From: the human T2T-CHM13v2.0 reference genome, Homo sapiens
Assembly: GCF_009914755.1 (NCBI RefSeq)
Contig: NC_060935.1
Strand: one strand, 5' to 3'
DNA length: 64,000 nt
The position numbers and the translations under genes are program-made. Below are positions 28,370-42,555 of this stretch, piece after piece. Each line of letters begins with the position of its first letter. Within the stretch, counting starts at the first letter, position 1. Below the pieces are notes generated by a model, which made no database searches, was not told where the DNA came from, and saw only the letters and a program-made list of their open reading frames with translations.

Positions 28370-30593
28370 CTGACTTTTCACGTTCTTAAAAATGTCATGG
28401 CCCTTCCTTTCTTTGGGTCCTCTCAATGCTTTGGAATTTGGGGGTCTCACTTGATAGTTCTCTCCTCTCTGCTTTCCATTCATTTGCCTAATTTGTTTTC
28501 ATTCTTAAGGTCTCAGCATAGTTGAAATTTTCTTAGAAATGTTATTCCTATCTTCTTTATCACCTTGCTAATAATACAGGCTTCTCTGTTATAGGTCTTC
28601 ATAGCAAAATGTAGTTTTCTGTACTTACTTGCATAGTTATTTTATTCATTTTTTTCTTTCCACTAGACACTATACTCCAGGAGGGCAGTCCTCATTTCTG
28701 TATTGGTCACTCCAGGACAATACCTGACACGGAGTGTATTGACAATAGATATTTGTTGAATGGATAATTGAATATTCCTTTTGGCTCATTCTCTGTTTGG
28801 GACTGTCAAAAGGATCAATCCCATGCAAGAGTCAATGGAAAAGATTTTTAAATGTTCCTGTTCCTGACACACAACTTTAATACCGTTTCTCAAAATGCCA
28901 ACCTTCTATTAATATTCAAACTAACGAGAGGAGTGACGATGGAAACCTAAAATGAAAAATGTTGAAGATAAAAAGAGAATAGCTAGGACTCGGAGCTCCT
29001 GTGTCTAACCATCTCTTTAAATGCTTTTCAGATTTGTTTTCAAAGAGCAGCAGCTGAGAGGAAGAATGTGATGCCTATCTGATGCTCACATAATTGTTCA
29101 CTTCTGAGCAGAAAGCCTATGCTGTAAACATTAAGTTTTTTTCTTTTTATTTGTTTTCCCCTTTTGTTTAACTAAAAGTAATTATGTTTACATTAGATTA
29201 AGCACTGGTTTGTTCTTGTGCAGAACAATAGAGCTTTTTTTTTCCTCCCCATCTCTTGTTCACTATGTCATCCTGTCAGTAGCACTCAGGAGCAAAGCCA
29301 TAGTCGTATTGCAGCTGTGTCCTGAGAGACATTGGCTTATCCTTTGTAGAAAGAAAATGGGGCTGTGAGAACAGAAATTGAAAGGTTAGACTAGGTAACT
29401 TAGACTAGCAAAATAAAAACTACAGCAAGAAGGCTTATGGTTTTGCATTCCTGGGAGGCTTCATGAAGAGTTAAATTCTTTCATTAGTCAATGCAGCAGA
29501 AAAGCAATTAAACTGTGATTCATTTCTGCTCACTGTGTGTTTTGTGACCAGTGGGCCTCCAGTGTTTTCCCCAGATGCAAAAGTTCTCTACCTTCTCAAA
29601 TATTCCTTGGATAGGCTCTTGGACAAGATTTTTTTCACTTCCATGAGATACTCTACAAAAATTAGAGAAGCCTGGGGAGCTTCTGCAACTGGACCTCAGA
29701 GAGGTAAAGTCTGGGGAGACAGTAGGATTCTGAATCTCCTTGTTTCCCTGAAGCCTTTGAAGAGAAAGAGGAATGACTTTCTGAATCAGCAATGACCAAG
29801 AGGCAGCCAGTTAGTTTCACAGTCAGAATTCCACTGATAATTGGAACATTCAAATATAATCCCTCCCTTTCCCTATGGATGGCACACATCATATCTTTCT
29901 CACAGGGCTCATAGATATTTCCTGAGCCATTGATCCTTGTCAGAGTGACTAGGTTTGTTAGTACAGGAAGATTTTTTTTTTTTTTTCTGGAGGCTGTGGG
30001 GTCAAGACTTTCTCTGAAACTCTGCAAAAATGTCACTGCCTCTATCTAATTCCTTGTCCTCTCTGTTTCTGGGAGGCTGTGCGTGGGCTTGCAGAGGCAC
30101 TAGAACCTCAGAGAAGCTTGAGTTAGAATTCATGCTCTGCCACTTACCAGTGTGGAAACATCAGCACATCATTTACTCTCATCAGGGCTCACTTCTTTTG
30201 CTATTAAGTGGATGGTAAGTGTTCCCTTCTGGGGATGACTGTGGAGAAAATTAGTGAGCTAATGTAGGTGGGAGATCAACACAGTTTCTGGGAGGTAATA
30301 ATCTTTCAAAAAAGAGTGATCAGAAAATCCCTAAAAACATGTTAATATATTTGGCAGATTATGCCAGTAGCTGGAATAGCACAACTATTTCCATTTATAT
30401 AGAACTTTACAGTTTGTTCCATGCAGACTTGTCATGTAAGGTAGGATCATATACATGATTTTTTTTCTTTTTTGATTATCTCAGAGTGTTATTTCTCAAA
30501 ATGTCTACTTCAGGAAGATCTGCCTTGCAGAAGAACTGAGAACTAATATTTTTTGAATACCTATAGCTGGCCACCTAGAAATGAAGTAATAAC

Positions 30594-30856
30594 TTTTTTT
30601 TGAGATGGAGTCTCGCTCTGTCGCCCAGGCTGGAGTACAGTGGCAGGATCTCAGCTCATTGCAACCTCCAACTCCCAGGTTCGGGTTCAAGATTACAGGC
30701 ATGTGCCATTATGCCCAGCTAATTTCTGTATTTTTAATAGGGACAGGGTTTCACCATGTTGGCCAAGCTGGTCTTGAACTCCTGACCTCAAGTGATCCAC
30801 CTGCCTCAGCCTCCTGAAAGTTTTGGGATTACAGGCATGAGCCACAGCATCCAGCT
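30594..30856 (-). mobile_element. AluS with an internal deletion of about 33 bp in the right arm
   Basis: Antisense Alu in which 'ggttcaa' is joined directly to 'gattacaggc'. Confidence 0.88.
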
Positions 30857-32037
30857 AGATACAGGTCTTTCTTGATCTTCACAATGACTCTATGGAGAAG
30901 GCTATACTAATCTCCCCACATTACAGCCATAAAAATGGAGGCTGGGAAAGTTCAACAATTTACTTAATGCTTGGCAAGAAAGAATCAGGACTGCAGTTAA
31001 AGCTAAGGTGTCTAACACAAAAGTATTTGCTCTTTCCGTAAAATCAGCTCTCTCCCTCTGTTTTGAGAAATAAAAAGGTGAATTCTGAAAGTGGAACAGA
31101 GGCGAATCTATGCATTGTTAATGCCTGTGATCACTAGAAAGTTATCCCTTTCCATTCAGAAAAGAAACTCCTGGAATGTGCAAAGAACTCACCTTCTCTC
31201 CCTGAAATGATTTATCGGTAAAACTTGAAGGGATTGGAAAGGGTCTTACAGAGGAAAGAGTAAGTGAAGGCTCTTGTGTTGAGTGGCACATCCCCACTGG
31301 TGTTGGATTCTTTATGACAAGGCACAGCACTGTGAGTTGTGGATATTGCTCCTTGATCACTGAAAAAACCCTCCAGTTTTCATTCTTATATAACCTCAGA
31401 ATGCCCTTTGCTTATTAAGTTATTGTGTCCTTAGCCACATGTTACAGTCAGAAACAAGGGGTTGGTGTGGTGTGCAGAGTTGGAGTAATGAACTGAAATG
31501 AGACAATTTCTCTTTGCTGACAATATCCCATTAACCACTCAAACCCATACTCAGCCATTGTTCAGGGCATATTCACACTCCTTCTTACAATTACAGGGAG
31601 TAATTGCAAGACGTTGAGTTATGAAAAGAATCTGGGTTCACAAAAACTATAGCAAATTGACATACTTGACAAGTTGGTTCTAAAATTACCTTTTGTTCAG
31701 TGTAATTTGAGATAAGTTAGTTAGGCTTTGTATTGGGTATGTTTTTTGGTCTCCTTTCACGGCATAAAACTAAACTCAATGTTGCTTCATAACATCCTGC
31801 TATTATCCTAATAATTTTTTGGATTACTTAGAAAAATCTTTCACTAATTGTGGCATAAATTCTTCTTTTTTCACAAGTTCATTTATTGTAAAGTTGGTTG
31901 GGTGTATGTAAATAAGAACAGAAGTTGCAGGTCTTGGAGGACCTGTGATATTATGGAATGGGGGAGTGAGACGATAGAGAATTGTATGCAATAGTGTGTC
32001 TCCTAAGGGGACTTCCCTGTAAAAGAAACCTAACATG

Positions 32038-32422
<385 letters not shown>

Positions 32423-33439
32423 TTATTCATAGCTGTATCCCCATTCTGGCACATAGTGTATGGGCAAGAAACACACATTCAATGAATTAATAAGTGAATG
32501 GTACAATAAACAAATGAGAGGCATAGCTTGGTAGAAAAGAAAGATTACAGGCTGTAGAGCAAAGGGGGAGAATTCTGGCTACATTATTTATTGCATGATT
32601 TGGGGCTAGTCACCAATTCTGTTTTCTCATATATAAAATGGATATAATAGACATTTTCTTTTTGGCTTCTGATAATTTAATGATAAAATGTTTGAAAAAA
32701 TCCAAAATGAATAAATGTTTATGTGTGTATATACACATATATGTACATGTATATATTTATTTATTTCTTGTTCTAAAAAGGATTTGAAGTGACATAAAAA
32801 AAATCCAAGGATTACTGGATTATATATAAAAGTAGAGGAGAAAATATTAGTGAAGGGAAAGCAAGCAAGGGAAAAACTTAGATATAATCAAGAGTGAAGG
32901 TAGTGTATAAATTGCAGGGAATATATATCCCTGGATTGCCTAGAAAAGAACCACAAATTTGACTCTGAGCTTTCTATCAAATAAAATGAAGAGGTTAACA
33001 TGATGCAATACATAATTGAAATTGTTAGTCAAATAAAAACAAAACAACTCTTCAAAAGACCAGTCCTCAGAAAAAAGAGAGTTTTTGTTGTGAGCTACAT
33101 TCTCGGTAACAGACTTTACTGAGCTATTTTTTTCAGAGCATGTCAACATGGAATCTAGTAAAATTATGCCTTAATATGGGAAAGAGAGCATAACAACCTG
33201 TAATATAAAACAGATTTCTGATGGTCATGCTTATTCCCAGGATAAATTTATCTACATTTATTGCATTTTAGAAAAGCTATAAAGAAAAGCAAGTCAAAGA
33301 TAAATGACTACCAAATTGATGGTCTATCAGAAAAGCATTGGTACAGAATTTATAAATAGGGATATTTTTGAGTAAGACTTTCAGAGAATGAAATGTGTTT
33401 ACTTGATCTGAATTATAATTATGATTTCAAGTTATTTCA

Positions 33440-34085
33440 AATAACTCACTTTTTATTTGCTATTTTGTCATATATTTTACTTCTATATAAGCTATAAACT
33501 TCACAAAAATGTTGTCGTTGTCTTAAACAGTCAACATCTTTTATATTCCTGTATATTTACCTTTTCTGGTGCTGTTCATTATTTCCTGGGCTTTCTTGCT
33601 GTCATCTGGAATTATTTTGCTTTACCCAGAGGGGATTCCTTTAGTATTTCCTACAGTAAAGGTCTGTTTTGAATGAATTTTATTACTTTGTGTCTGTCTG
33701 AGATTATTTTTCTTTTGCCTTCATTATTGAAGGATATTGTCACTGGGTATAGAATTCTAGTGTTAGCGGCTGTTTTTTTTTAAACAGGTTAAAAATGTAA
33801 TGTGTATATATTTTGAAACATCATGTTATACATAATACATATCATTTTATCTGTCAATTAAAAAATAAAACCCAAAAAACCAAAAGTGATAATATAATCA
33901 CATAAACAATTACATTTTTTTAATGGCATACATAGTTTCTATTGAGAAATCAGCTGTCATTTTAGTTGTTTTCTCCTTAAAGAAAATGTTTCTTTGACCC
34001 CTCTGGCTGATTTAAAAACAATTTCTCTTCAATTTTGGGGATTTGTTTTTAGCAGTTAGATTCTTATATGCCCAGGTGTGGTTTT
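33440..34085 (-). mobile_element. Old L1M fragment, with a short sense L1MA 3' tip at about 33790-33870
   Basis: 'cctttagtatttc..gtaaaggtctg..gaaggatattgtcactgggtatagaattctag..ttgagaaatcagctgtca'. Confidence 0.55.
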
Positions 34086-34197
34086 CTTTTCTTTTTTTTT
34101 TAAATATAAATGTCTTTTAATTTGTCTTTACCATGTTTTAACTGAACTATGTCAACACTGAAAATTAAATCTACTCTTACACGAGTGTCCTACTTAG
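34082..34197 (-). other. Putative L1 3'-transduced segment with its own poly(A)
   Basis: On the minus strand: L1 tail, 96 bp non-L1 sequence, ATTAAA, 14 nt, then a second A-tract. Confidence 0.65.
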
Positions 34198-35197
34198 TTT
34201 TTTTTTCTTTTCTTTCTTTCTTTCTTTATTATACTTTAAGTTCTGGGATACATGAGCAGAATGTGCAGGTTCGTTACATAGGTATACACGTGCCATGGTG
34301 GTTTGCTGCACCCATCAACCCATCATCTACATTTGGTATTTCTCCTAATGTTATCCCTCCACTAGCCCCCTACCCGCTGACAGGCCCCAGTTTATGATGT
34401 TCCCCTCCCTGTGTCCATGTGTTCTCATTGTTCAGCTCCCAAGTATGAGTGAGAACATGTGGTATTTGGTTTTCTGTTCTTGCGTTAGTTTACTGAGAAT
34501 GATGCTTTCCAGCTTCATCCATGTCCCTGCACAGGACACAAACTTATCCTTTTTTATGGCTGCATAGTATTCTATGGTGTATATGTGCCACATTTTCTTT
34601 ATCCGGTCTATCATTGATGGACATTTGGGTTGGTTCCAAGTCTTTGCTATTGTGAACAGTGCCACAATAAACATATGTGTGCATGTGTCTTTATAGTAGC
34701 ATGATTTATAGTCCTTTGGGTATATACCCAGTAATGGAATTGCTGGGTCAAATGGTATTTCTGGTTCTAGGTCATTGAGGAATCGCCACATTGTCTTCCA
34801 CAATGGTTGAACTAATTTACACTCCCACCAACAGTGTAAAAGCATTCCTGTTTCCCCACATTCTCTCCAGCATCTGTTGTTTCCTGACTTTTTAACGATC
34901 GCCATTCTAACTGGCGTGAGATGATACCTCATTGTGGTTTTGATTTGCATTTCTCTAATGACCAGTGATGATGAGCTTTTTAAAATGTTTGTTGGCTGCA
35001 TAAATATCTTTTGAGAAGTGTCTCTTCATATCCTTCACCTACTTTATGATGGGGTTGTTTTTTTCTTGTAAATTTGTTTAAGTTCTTTGTAGATTCTGGA
35101 TATTAGCCTTTTGTCAGATAGATAGATTGCAAAAATTTTCTCCCATTCTGTAGGTTACCTGTTCACTCTGATAATAGTTTCTTTTGCTATGCAGAAG
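34198..35197 (-). mobile_element. L1PA7-like 5'-truncated L1, about 1 kb
   Basis: Antisense 3' UTR 'ttctgggatacatg..ggtatacacgtgccatggtggtttgctgcacccatcaacc' plus the ORF2 C-terminus (ORF 34432-35001). Confidence 0.88.
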
Positions 35198-35199
35198 TC

Positions 35200-37050
35200 A
35201 AGACAAGAACTAGCAAAAGCTAGTTCTCTTGCACCAGATAGCCAAGTTGTGAATACAAAGGAAAGCTTCTTGAAGGAAATTAACAGTGCTACTCCAGTGA
35301 ACACACAAATGCAAAGAAAGTGAAATAGTCTTATTGTTGATAAAGAGAACATTTCAGTGGTATGGACAGAGATCAATTCAGTCACAACATTCCCTTAAAC
35401 CAAAGCCTAATCCAGAGCAAGGGCCTAACACTCTTCAATTCTGTGAAGGCCAAGAGAGGTGAGGAAGCTGCAAAAGAAACTGTGGAAGCTAGAAAAGGTG
35501 GGTTTATGCAGGTTTAAGGAAAGAAGCTATCCCTGTAACATAAAAGTGCAATGTGAAGAAACAAGTGCTGATGTAGAAGCTGCAGCAAGTTATCCAGCTT
35601 GACGGATCCAGAAAATCTAGCTTAAATAATTGATAAAGATGATTATACTAAACAACAGATTTTCAATGCAGACAGAACAGTCTTCTGTTGGAAGAAGATG
35701 CCATCTAGGACCTTCATAGCTAGGAAGGAGAAGCCAGTGCCTGGCTTTGAAGCTTCAAAGGACAAGATGACTCTCTTGTTAGGCCCCAGTGCAGCTGGTG
35801 ACTTTCAGTTGAAGCCCATGCTCCTTTATCATATTGAAAGTCCTAGGTCCCTTGAGTATTATGCTAAATCTATTCTACCTGTGCTCTATAAATGGAACAA
35901 CAGAGCCTGGACAAGAGCAAATTTGTTTACAGCATAGTTTACCTACTAAATATTTTAATCTCCCTGTTGAAACTTACTACTCAGAAAGAAAAATTTCTTT
36001 CAAAATATTACCGCTCACTGACAACACATCTAGTTGTCCAAGAGCTGGAGATGTACAAGGAGATTAATACTGTTTTCATGCCTGCTAACACAACATCTAT
36101 TCTGCAGCCCATGGATCAAGGAGTCATTTTGGCTTTTATGTCTTTTTATTTCAGAATTACATTTTGAAAGGCTATAGCTGCCATTGATAGTGATTTCTTT
36201 GGTGGATCTGAGCAAAGTAAACAGAAAACCTTCTGGAAAGGATTCACCATTTTAGAAGCCATTAGGAACATTCATCATTTATTGGAGGAAATCAAAATAT
36301 CAACTTTACAGGAGTTTGGAAGAAGTTAATTCCAACCTTCATGGATGAGTTTGAGGGCTTCAAGACTTCAGTGGAGAAAGTCACTGTAGTTGTGGTGAAA
36401 ATAGGTAGAGAACTATAATTAGAAGTGGTACCCTAAGATGTGACTGAATTGTTGCAATCTCCTGATAAGACTTGAACAGATGAGGAGTTGCTTCTTACGG
36501 ATGAGCAAAGAAAGTGGTTTCTTGAGATGGACTCTTCATCCTGGTGAAGATGTTGTACATTGTTGAAATGACAAAAAGTATTTAGAATATTGCAGAAATT
36601 TACTTGATTAAGCAACAGCAAGTTTGGAGAGGATTGACTCAAAATTTGAAAGAAGTTTTACTGGGGGTAAAATGCTATCCAACAGCATCACATGGTACAC
36701 AGTAATCTTTCTTGAAAGGAAGAGTCAATTGATTGGCAAACTTCACTGTCATCTTATTTCAAGAAATTGCCATAGCCATCCCAACCTTCAGCAACCACCA
36801 CCCTGACCAGTCTGGAGCCATCAACATTGAGTCAAGACCCTCCGCCAGCAAAAAGGATTATGAGTAACTGAAGACTCAGATGATGATCAGCATTTTTTTT
36901 TACCTACATAGTATTTTCTAATTAAAGTCTGCACATTGGTTTTTTAGGCATAATACTATTGCACACTTAATCACATACTGTTATATGGTAAACATAAATT
37001 GTGTATGCACTGGCAAACCAAAATAATTTTGTGTGACTTACTTTATTGCA
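35200..37050 (+). mobile_element. Tigger1 DNA transposon, both termini missing, transposase decayed
   Basis: Peptides KKMPSRTFIARKEK..GFEASKDKMTLLLG..AGDFQLKPML and [18 protein letters not shown] (pogo/Tigger DDD domain). Confidence 0.92.
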
Positions 37051-37078
37051 AGTGAGAAGGAGAGGAGAAGAGAGAAAA

Positions 37079-37081
<3 letters not shown>

Positions 37082-37117
<36 letters not shown>

Positions 37118-37121
37118 TGTG
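37082..37121 (+). repeat. (TG)n microsatellite
   Basis: Direct reading of the sequence. Confidence 0.95.
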
Positions 37122-37652
37122 GGTGAGAGAGAGAGGCTGTTGAGACTGTTTGAACTTTTAGATCCAACTGTAAGTGTAACTCTGAATTTTAACCAATGGT
37201 AGTAAAACAGGATGCAAAGGAAAAAATCCAGATTGAAGAGTAAAAGACTTAAATTCTGGCACAATAAGGATATATTGATAAAATTAAGTATCAGAGAGGA
37301 CTCTGAAATGAGGAGAGGGGATTTGTCTTAGATAAGGTTTGCATCATTATTTTCTCTGATGCTGAAGAAAGGAGAAAAGGATAATAAATATGCAGAGGCA
37401 TGTTAACATGGAAAGAGGCAGAGTTGAAGAAGTTGGTATTTAATGGCTAAGATTACCTTCAGACACTAGGAAGAAAGGTTAGCAATCATTTGACACATAA
37501 TCAACATGTTTCATTGACTTTTTTCATAAACTGTATATGAGATGTTGCTTTCATATGGATGCTGTATGCTATATTCTACAGTTTATTCATTATAAATAGT
37601 AGAGAGAGATATGGAAAGTAGTAGAAGATATGGAAAACCCTTGAAATATATT

Positions 37653-37669
37653 ACACACACACACACAAG

Positions 37670-37716
<47 letters not shown>
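37653..37716 (+). repeat. (CA)n microsatellite, interrupted
   Basis: Direct reading of the sequence. Confidence 0.95.
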
Positions 37717-37718
<2 letters not shown>

Positions 37719-38345
37719 CCTTATGGGCATAGGTGCGTTGTCTGCTGCAGACTGCTATTGGTGAATGCAGCAATAAGTAAACCAAAGCACTAGAATTAAA
37801 TTCATGCCTTGATATCGTTAGCCAGCCAACTCATGATAGTGCTCAAAATGAACATGGTCATTCTTAGTCTGTATGTTTTTCTCCTTTTTTCCTTATTCCT
37901 TCCTTGTGAATATTTACAATGTGGTAGGCACAGGGATTACAAGTTTGAACAGGATTGATACCTCTGCCCTCAAAGTGGTGAACAAAATAACAGAGGGATT
38001 AAGAAGGGACCAAATATTTCAGGCGTCTGAAGTCTTGTATCTATTTTGCCAACTGTAGAAGTTTTTATAAGAACATTATTTATTGATAAATTGTCAAGAC
38101 AGAATCAGCTGTGCTTATTTTTACTGAAACTGGAAAGTTGATTATGTCCAACAAGCTTGACAATTTATGTGGATAAACATTTGGAGAGAAATCAGTCTTT
38201 TAAAATAGTGTACTCAGCTAGACTGCCTCCAGTTTTCCTTTATTTAAGTAAAGATCAATAATTATATTTCAGCTTATATCTTTTTCCTTGCTACGCTCTC
38301 TCCACTTGGTAAGGGTTCATTAATCAAAAACCTTATTTGCTTTGC

Positions 38346-38404
38346 ATGTGTGTATGTGTGTGTGTGTGTGTCTGTGTGTGTATGTTTGTATGTTTGTGTT
38401 TGTG
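38346..38404 (+). repeat. Imperfect (TG)n
   Basis: Direct reading of the sequence. Confidence 0.85.
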
Positions 38405-40399
38405 ACAGTTAAAGGGCATTAAATTATTTGCAATGATTTATCTTCCTGAAAGGTTTTAGCACAGGGGAACTGTTCACTGTGTGAGGTGAGTTGGAAGGGA
38501 TATTAGTCCCTGTAGAGGTTACACAAACTATTGCACCAAACTACAAACTAGTGGTGGGAATGTAACATAATTCCAAAGGAAAATATTTCATGTACATTAC
38601 CCTGTCATGTACTGCTCTCTGTAGGGTTTAAATTTCAATAGTGGCTGGCGTGACAGGATACACAAGCATTGCCCAATATTTAATTCAGATTTTGCTTATA
38701 TAACATCTAAAACTGGTCTGCTCAGAACTTTAATACTGTTGAAGGAAAGCTGCCACTGTCCCCTTATTACCTTTGAATACAAATTGTTGATTGGCTGTGT
38801 TGTCGATTCGTTTCCCACATGATATTGGAAGTCATAGTCATACCCAAGGCCTTTGCTTATTACCTCCATTTGTTTACTATTAAATCTGCTCTAGTTTTAC
38901 TAGTTGGAAAAAAACCACAGTTGACGTGAAGTTACCCTCTCCCTTATTTGCCATTTTATTTATATTTCAGTCGTGAATATAGAAAACAAAGATAGGAAAA
39001 AAAAAGAACCGGTTAAAATATTTTGTACATCATATCAAAACCTTTTCTAAACTCAGCAACTGATGTTCATACCCACAGGTTGATGCCTTCTCCAAATAAT
39101 CCACTGGCTTTAGTCTGTTAATATAATAGAAAACCAACATTGCTCAATTGAAAGAACACTTGAGCTGGGGACCAGAAATTTGGCTTTAGTTTCACCTCTT
39201 GCAATCATAATATGCACTGCCTTGAGTGTTCACTTAACTTTTCTGAACCTTGTAATTTTATAAAACAGGAACAAGAATGTGAACATATTTCCTATAGATC
39301 ATTAGAATCAAATAAGATAAAATTATGTGAAAGTGTTTTGTACATTTGTATAGTACTGTACAAATGAAAATTATGACCATGGAGGTGAATTGCCATATTA
39401 TTGATTTTGTTTACTTGTTGTTTTAGATCTCAGGGGAAATATCTCTAGAGTCATATTGCCCAGCATAAGTAAGCATCTGTATTATTAGAAAGAAAAGTTC
39501 CATCATGTCTTTCTCACAAGTATAGATTTTGATTTTGTTCATCAGTGAAATGATTCTTTTAAGACACATAGTGTTGTCATGCATTGTACATATTCATGTA
39601 TACTTTCATTGTTAACCAGAGGAAGTCCTAAAATTCAAATAGATTCACAGTGAACAATTCAGAAGAACAGAAGCTTTTATAAAACTTTCAGTTCTTTTCA
39701 TTATTGTCTCAACCAGAGAGCTGGTACTTAATGCAAAAACGTTCTAATTGGCTCCATGCTTATTTAATAGTACTTTTAAAATACCTTTTTTTCAGCAAAT
39801 TTAATTATAATTCTTTTGCCACTCCTTGAATTATTTGGTCAAGAGTATTGTATTACCCTTTGATAGTAATTAAGTTTTAATTTTCTGACATGTAAAATTT
39901 AAGTAACAGATCTTCAAAAATATATTTTCTATATATAAATTATATGAGCATTGAGAAATAAAGAATAGTTAGAAACTTCTAAAATTTTGTCTTTAAACAG
40001 TGGCAAGTCTAAAAGAACCTAAGTTCCAGGAAAGTTAACATCAGAATACTCCTCTAAAGCTGTTCATGATAGGATATGGGTTGACTTGCTGATAGTCAAT
40101 CTTGGGAGACCATATAGTTTACCTCTATGAGGTTCCACTGGGCATCACATGGCCACAACAACTTATTAGGTTCCTCTGAGTTTCACCAGTTTCTAGTTTT
40201 GCTCTGTATTATTACAATACTTTGAAATGAGGTATTGGGGATGAATGAGGAATGGAAAAGTAGAGGGGATTTAAAAATGCATTAAAATTCCACTTTTAGG
40301 ATATAACCCTCACATTTTTATGGTTTTACTAAAATGAATGTGTTGTTATATACAAACAAGCAAAAATCTTATGTGTTGGATTCAGTTAAAGAAATCTCA

Positions 40400-41990
40400 T
40401 TTAAAAAGCTAAATTTAAAAATATTAGTTATACTACCTGTAGGCAATGAAGTAAAACACCACGTACTCTTATATATTACCGGTGAGAATGTAAGTTGCTG
40501 CAAACACTTTTAAAACTGTTTGCCAGTATCTAATAAATGTTAACATTCAAATACTCTATAATCAAATTTTTCTACTTTTAGAGACATACCTAACAGAAAC
40601 ACATACATATGTATACCAAAAGGCATGTATAAGAATATTCATATTATTAATAGTACCAAACTAGAGACCCAAATGTCTGAATGACAAAACTATTTGTCTA
40701 CAGTGATAGAAGTCAGAAAGCGATTACTTTGGGGGAAGAGGGAAGGGTTAGTGATGACGAGGAGGCATCAGGGAGCTTCTGGGATCCTGGTAATATTTTA
40801 CCTCTTGGTCTAGGTAATAGTTACACAGGCATGTTAATTTTGTGATAATTCACTGAACTATACATTTGTAACTTGGGAACACTTCTGAATGTATATTATG
40901 CTTCAAAAGTTTTAAAATAAAAATGATATTTATCCAAGAATCAACCAAAGCATCAATCAAATGTGAAAGTAGAATAAAGGCCTTTTGCAAAAGTCCCAAA
41001 CAGCCTTTATAAAGAAAACTACTTACTGATATATCCTAGCAAATAGAGGGATAAACAAAGAGTCATGAAGATTTAGGATCCAGAAAGAGAGAATCTAGTT
41101 TGGGAGATAACAAAGGGAAATTCAATGTTATAACCATGAATAAGCCTAGGGAATGAGGGTCCTATGTAGACAAAAGGACAGAAAACTCCAGATGCTCAAG
41201 AGATTTAATGTTATCCCAGAGAAATGCAAGAATTTATGGATTCAATAAAAGCAAATCATTCAAGAAAATAAAGGTCAATAGAAAAATAACGATGAATAAA
41301 ATGCAGAAAGATAAACAAAAGAAAGAAAATAAAACCAGAGAATGTTTGTTGGCTCTACCATGTACAGTATTTATACAGTTATAATAATATAATATAAATC
41401 CTGTTTATTATTATCCAAATACCAAGGTTTAAATTTGGTTTCAAAACAGATTTCAAATGTTGGTAACAACTTTGAAATGTGAAAATCAAATTGTGGATGA
41501 CAGAAAGTTGGAGGCAGGAGTTGTATGAGAGTGAAAGACTGGTGGAGACATGGACACTTCCTTTTAAAAAGTGAGTGCAATGACGAAGGTGTTGGCTATG
41601 GTTGATTGGCCAAGGCTGAAATGTTGGAATGTGTTATTTAAAGTCGGAAAATATAATGAACAGGAAGACTAAAATCAGCCATCTCTATTGGGAGGGGAAT
41701 GGGGAAGTGGGCTATAAGTGAGTTAAATCCTCATCTATCCTATCAGGAATCAAATCATAATGTCAGACAAAATCAAGAAATAATAGAGTGAGAAAATCAT
41801 TAAAAGATACAACAGTCTCACTGAGAACTTAAAAAAGCAATTAAGATTAAAAGTTGTTACTTCTGGAAAGTAGGACTGGGGAGGAGGTGCAGGTATCAGA
41901 TAGGGGACTATTTATTTTCCTCATAAGCCCTTCTGTACTATATTTGATTTTTTGAAATGAAGGGCAGATATTACTCAGAAAAACTCAATT
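40400..41990 (+). mobile_element. Old L1ME-type fragments
   Basis: 'ggtgagaatgtaa..aaactgtttgccagtatctaataa..tgatagaagtcagaa..gtgataattcactgaactatac..tgtatattatgcttcaa'. Confidence 0.5.
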
Positions 41991-42069
41991 AGTAAGTTTT
42001 AATGGTTTGTTGATTCCAATGTTTCCATTTATGAAAATTTTTAAATAATTTGCATCTATATAAAAGTAT

Positions 42070-42555
42070 GTTTTTGATTATTGGTGTAACTAATTACCAC
42101 AAATTTCTTGGTTGAAAAAACCACAACTTTATTATCTTGCAGTTTTGTGTGTCAGAAGCCCTTTAACAAAAGTCTCAGTGGGTTCAAATCAAGTTGGTGC
42201 TCCTTTCTGGAGGCTCTAGGGGAGAACCCATTTCTCTGCCTTTTTCAGCTTTGTGAGGCTTCCCACATTCCTTGCTTCATGACTCCCTTAATCAGTCTTC
42301 AAAACCATCAGTGTCCAATCTCTCTAACCCTTCTTCCATCATCACATCTTTCTATCTTACTGATCACAGACAGAAAAATTCTCTGATTCCAGGAACTTGT
42401 GTGATTAGACCTGGCCTACCCAGATAATCCAGGATAATCTCTCTATCTCAAGGTCAGTAATCTTAATAACATCTACAAAATACTTCTTGCCATGTAAATT
42501 AACATATTCACAATTTCTGAGAATTATAGCCTGAACATCTTTGAGGCCAGTTTTT
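42070..42555 (-). mobile_element. MLT1D-like MaLR LTR
   Basis: 'tgtaactaattaccacaaa..ctggaggctctaggggagaa..cccagataatccaggataatctc..catctttg'. Confidence 0.7.

Noticed and set aside
35698-36167. Possible domesticated TIGD-like transposase
   Set aside because: Multiple stops and frameshifts; an ordinary decayed Tigger1.
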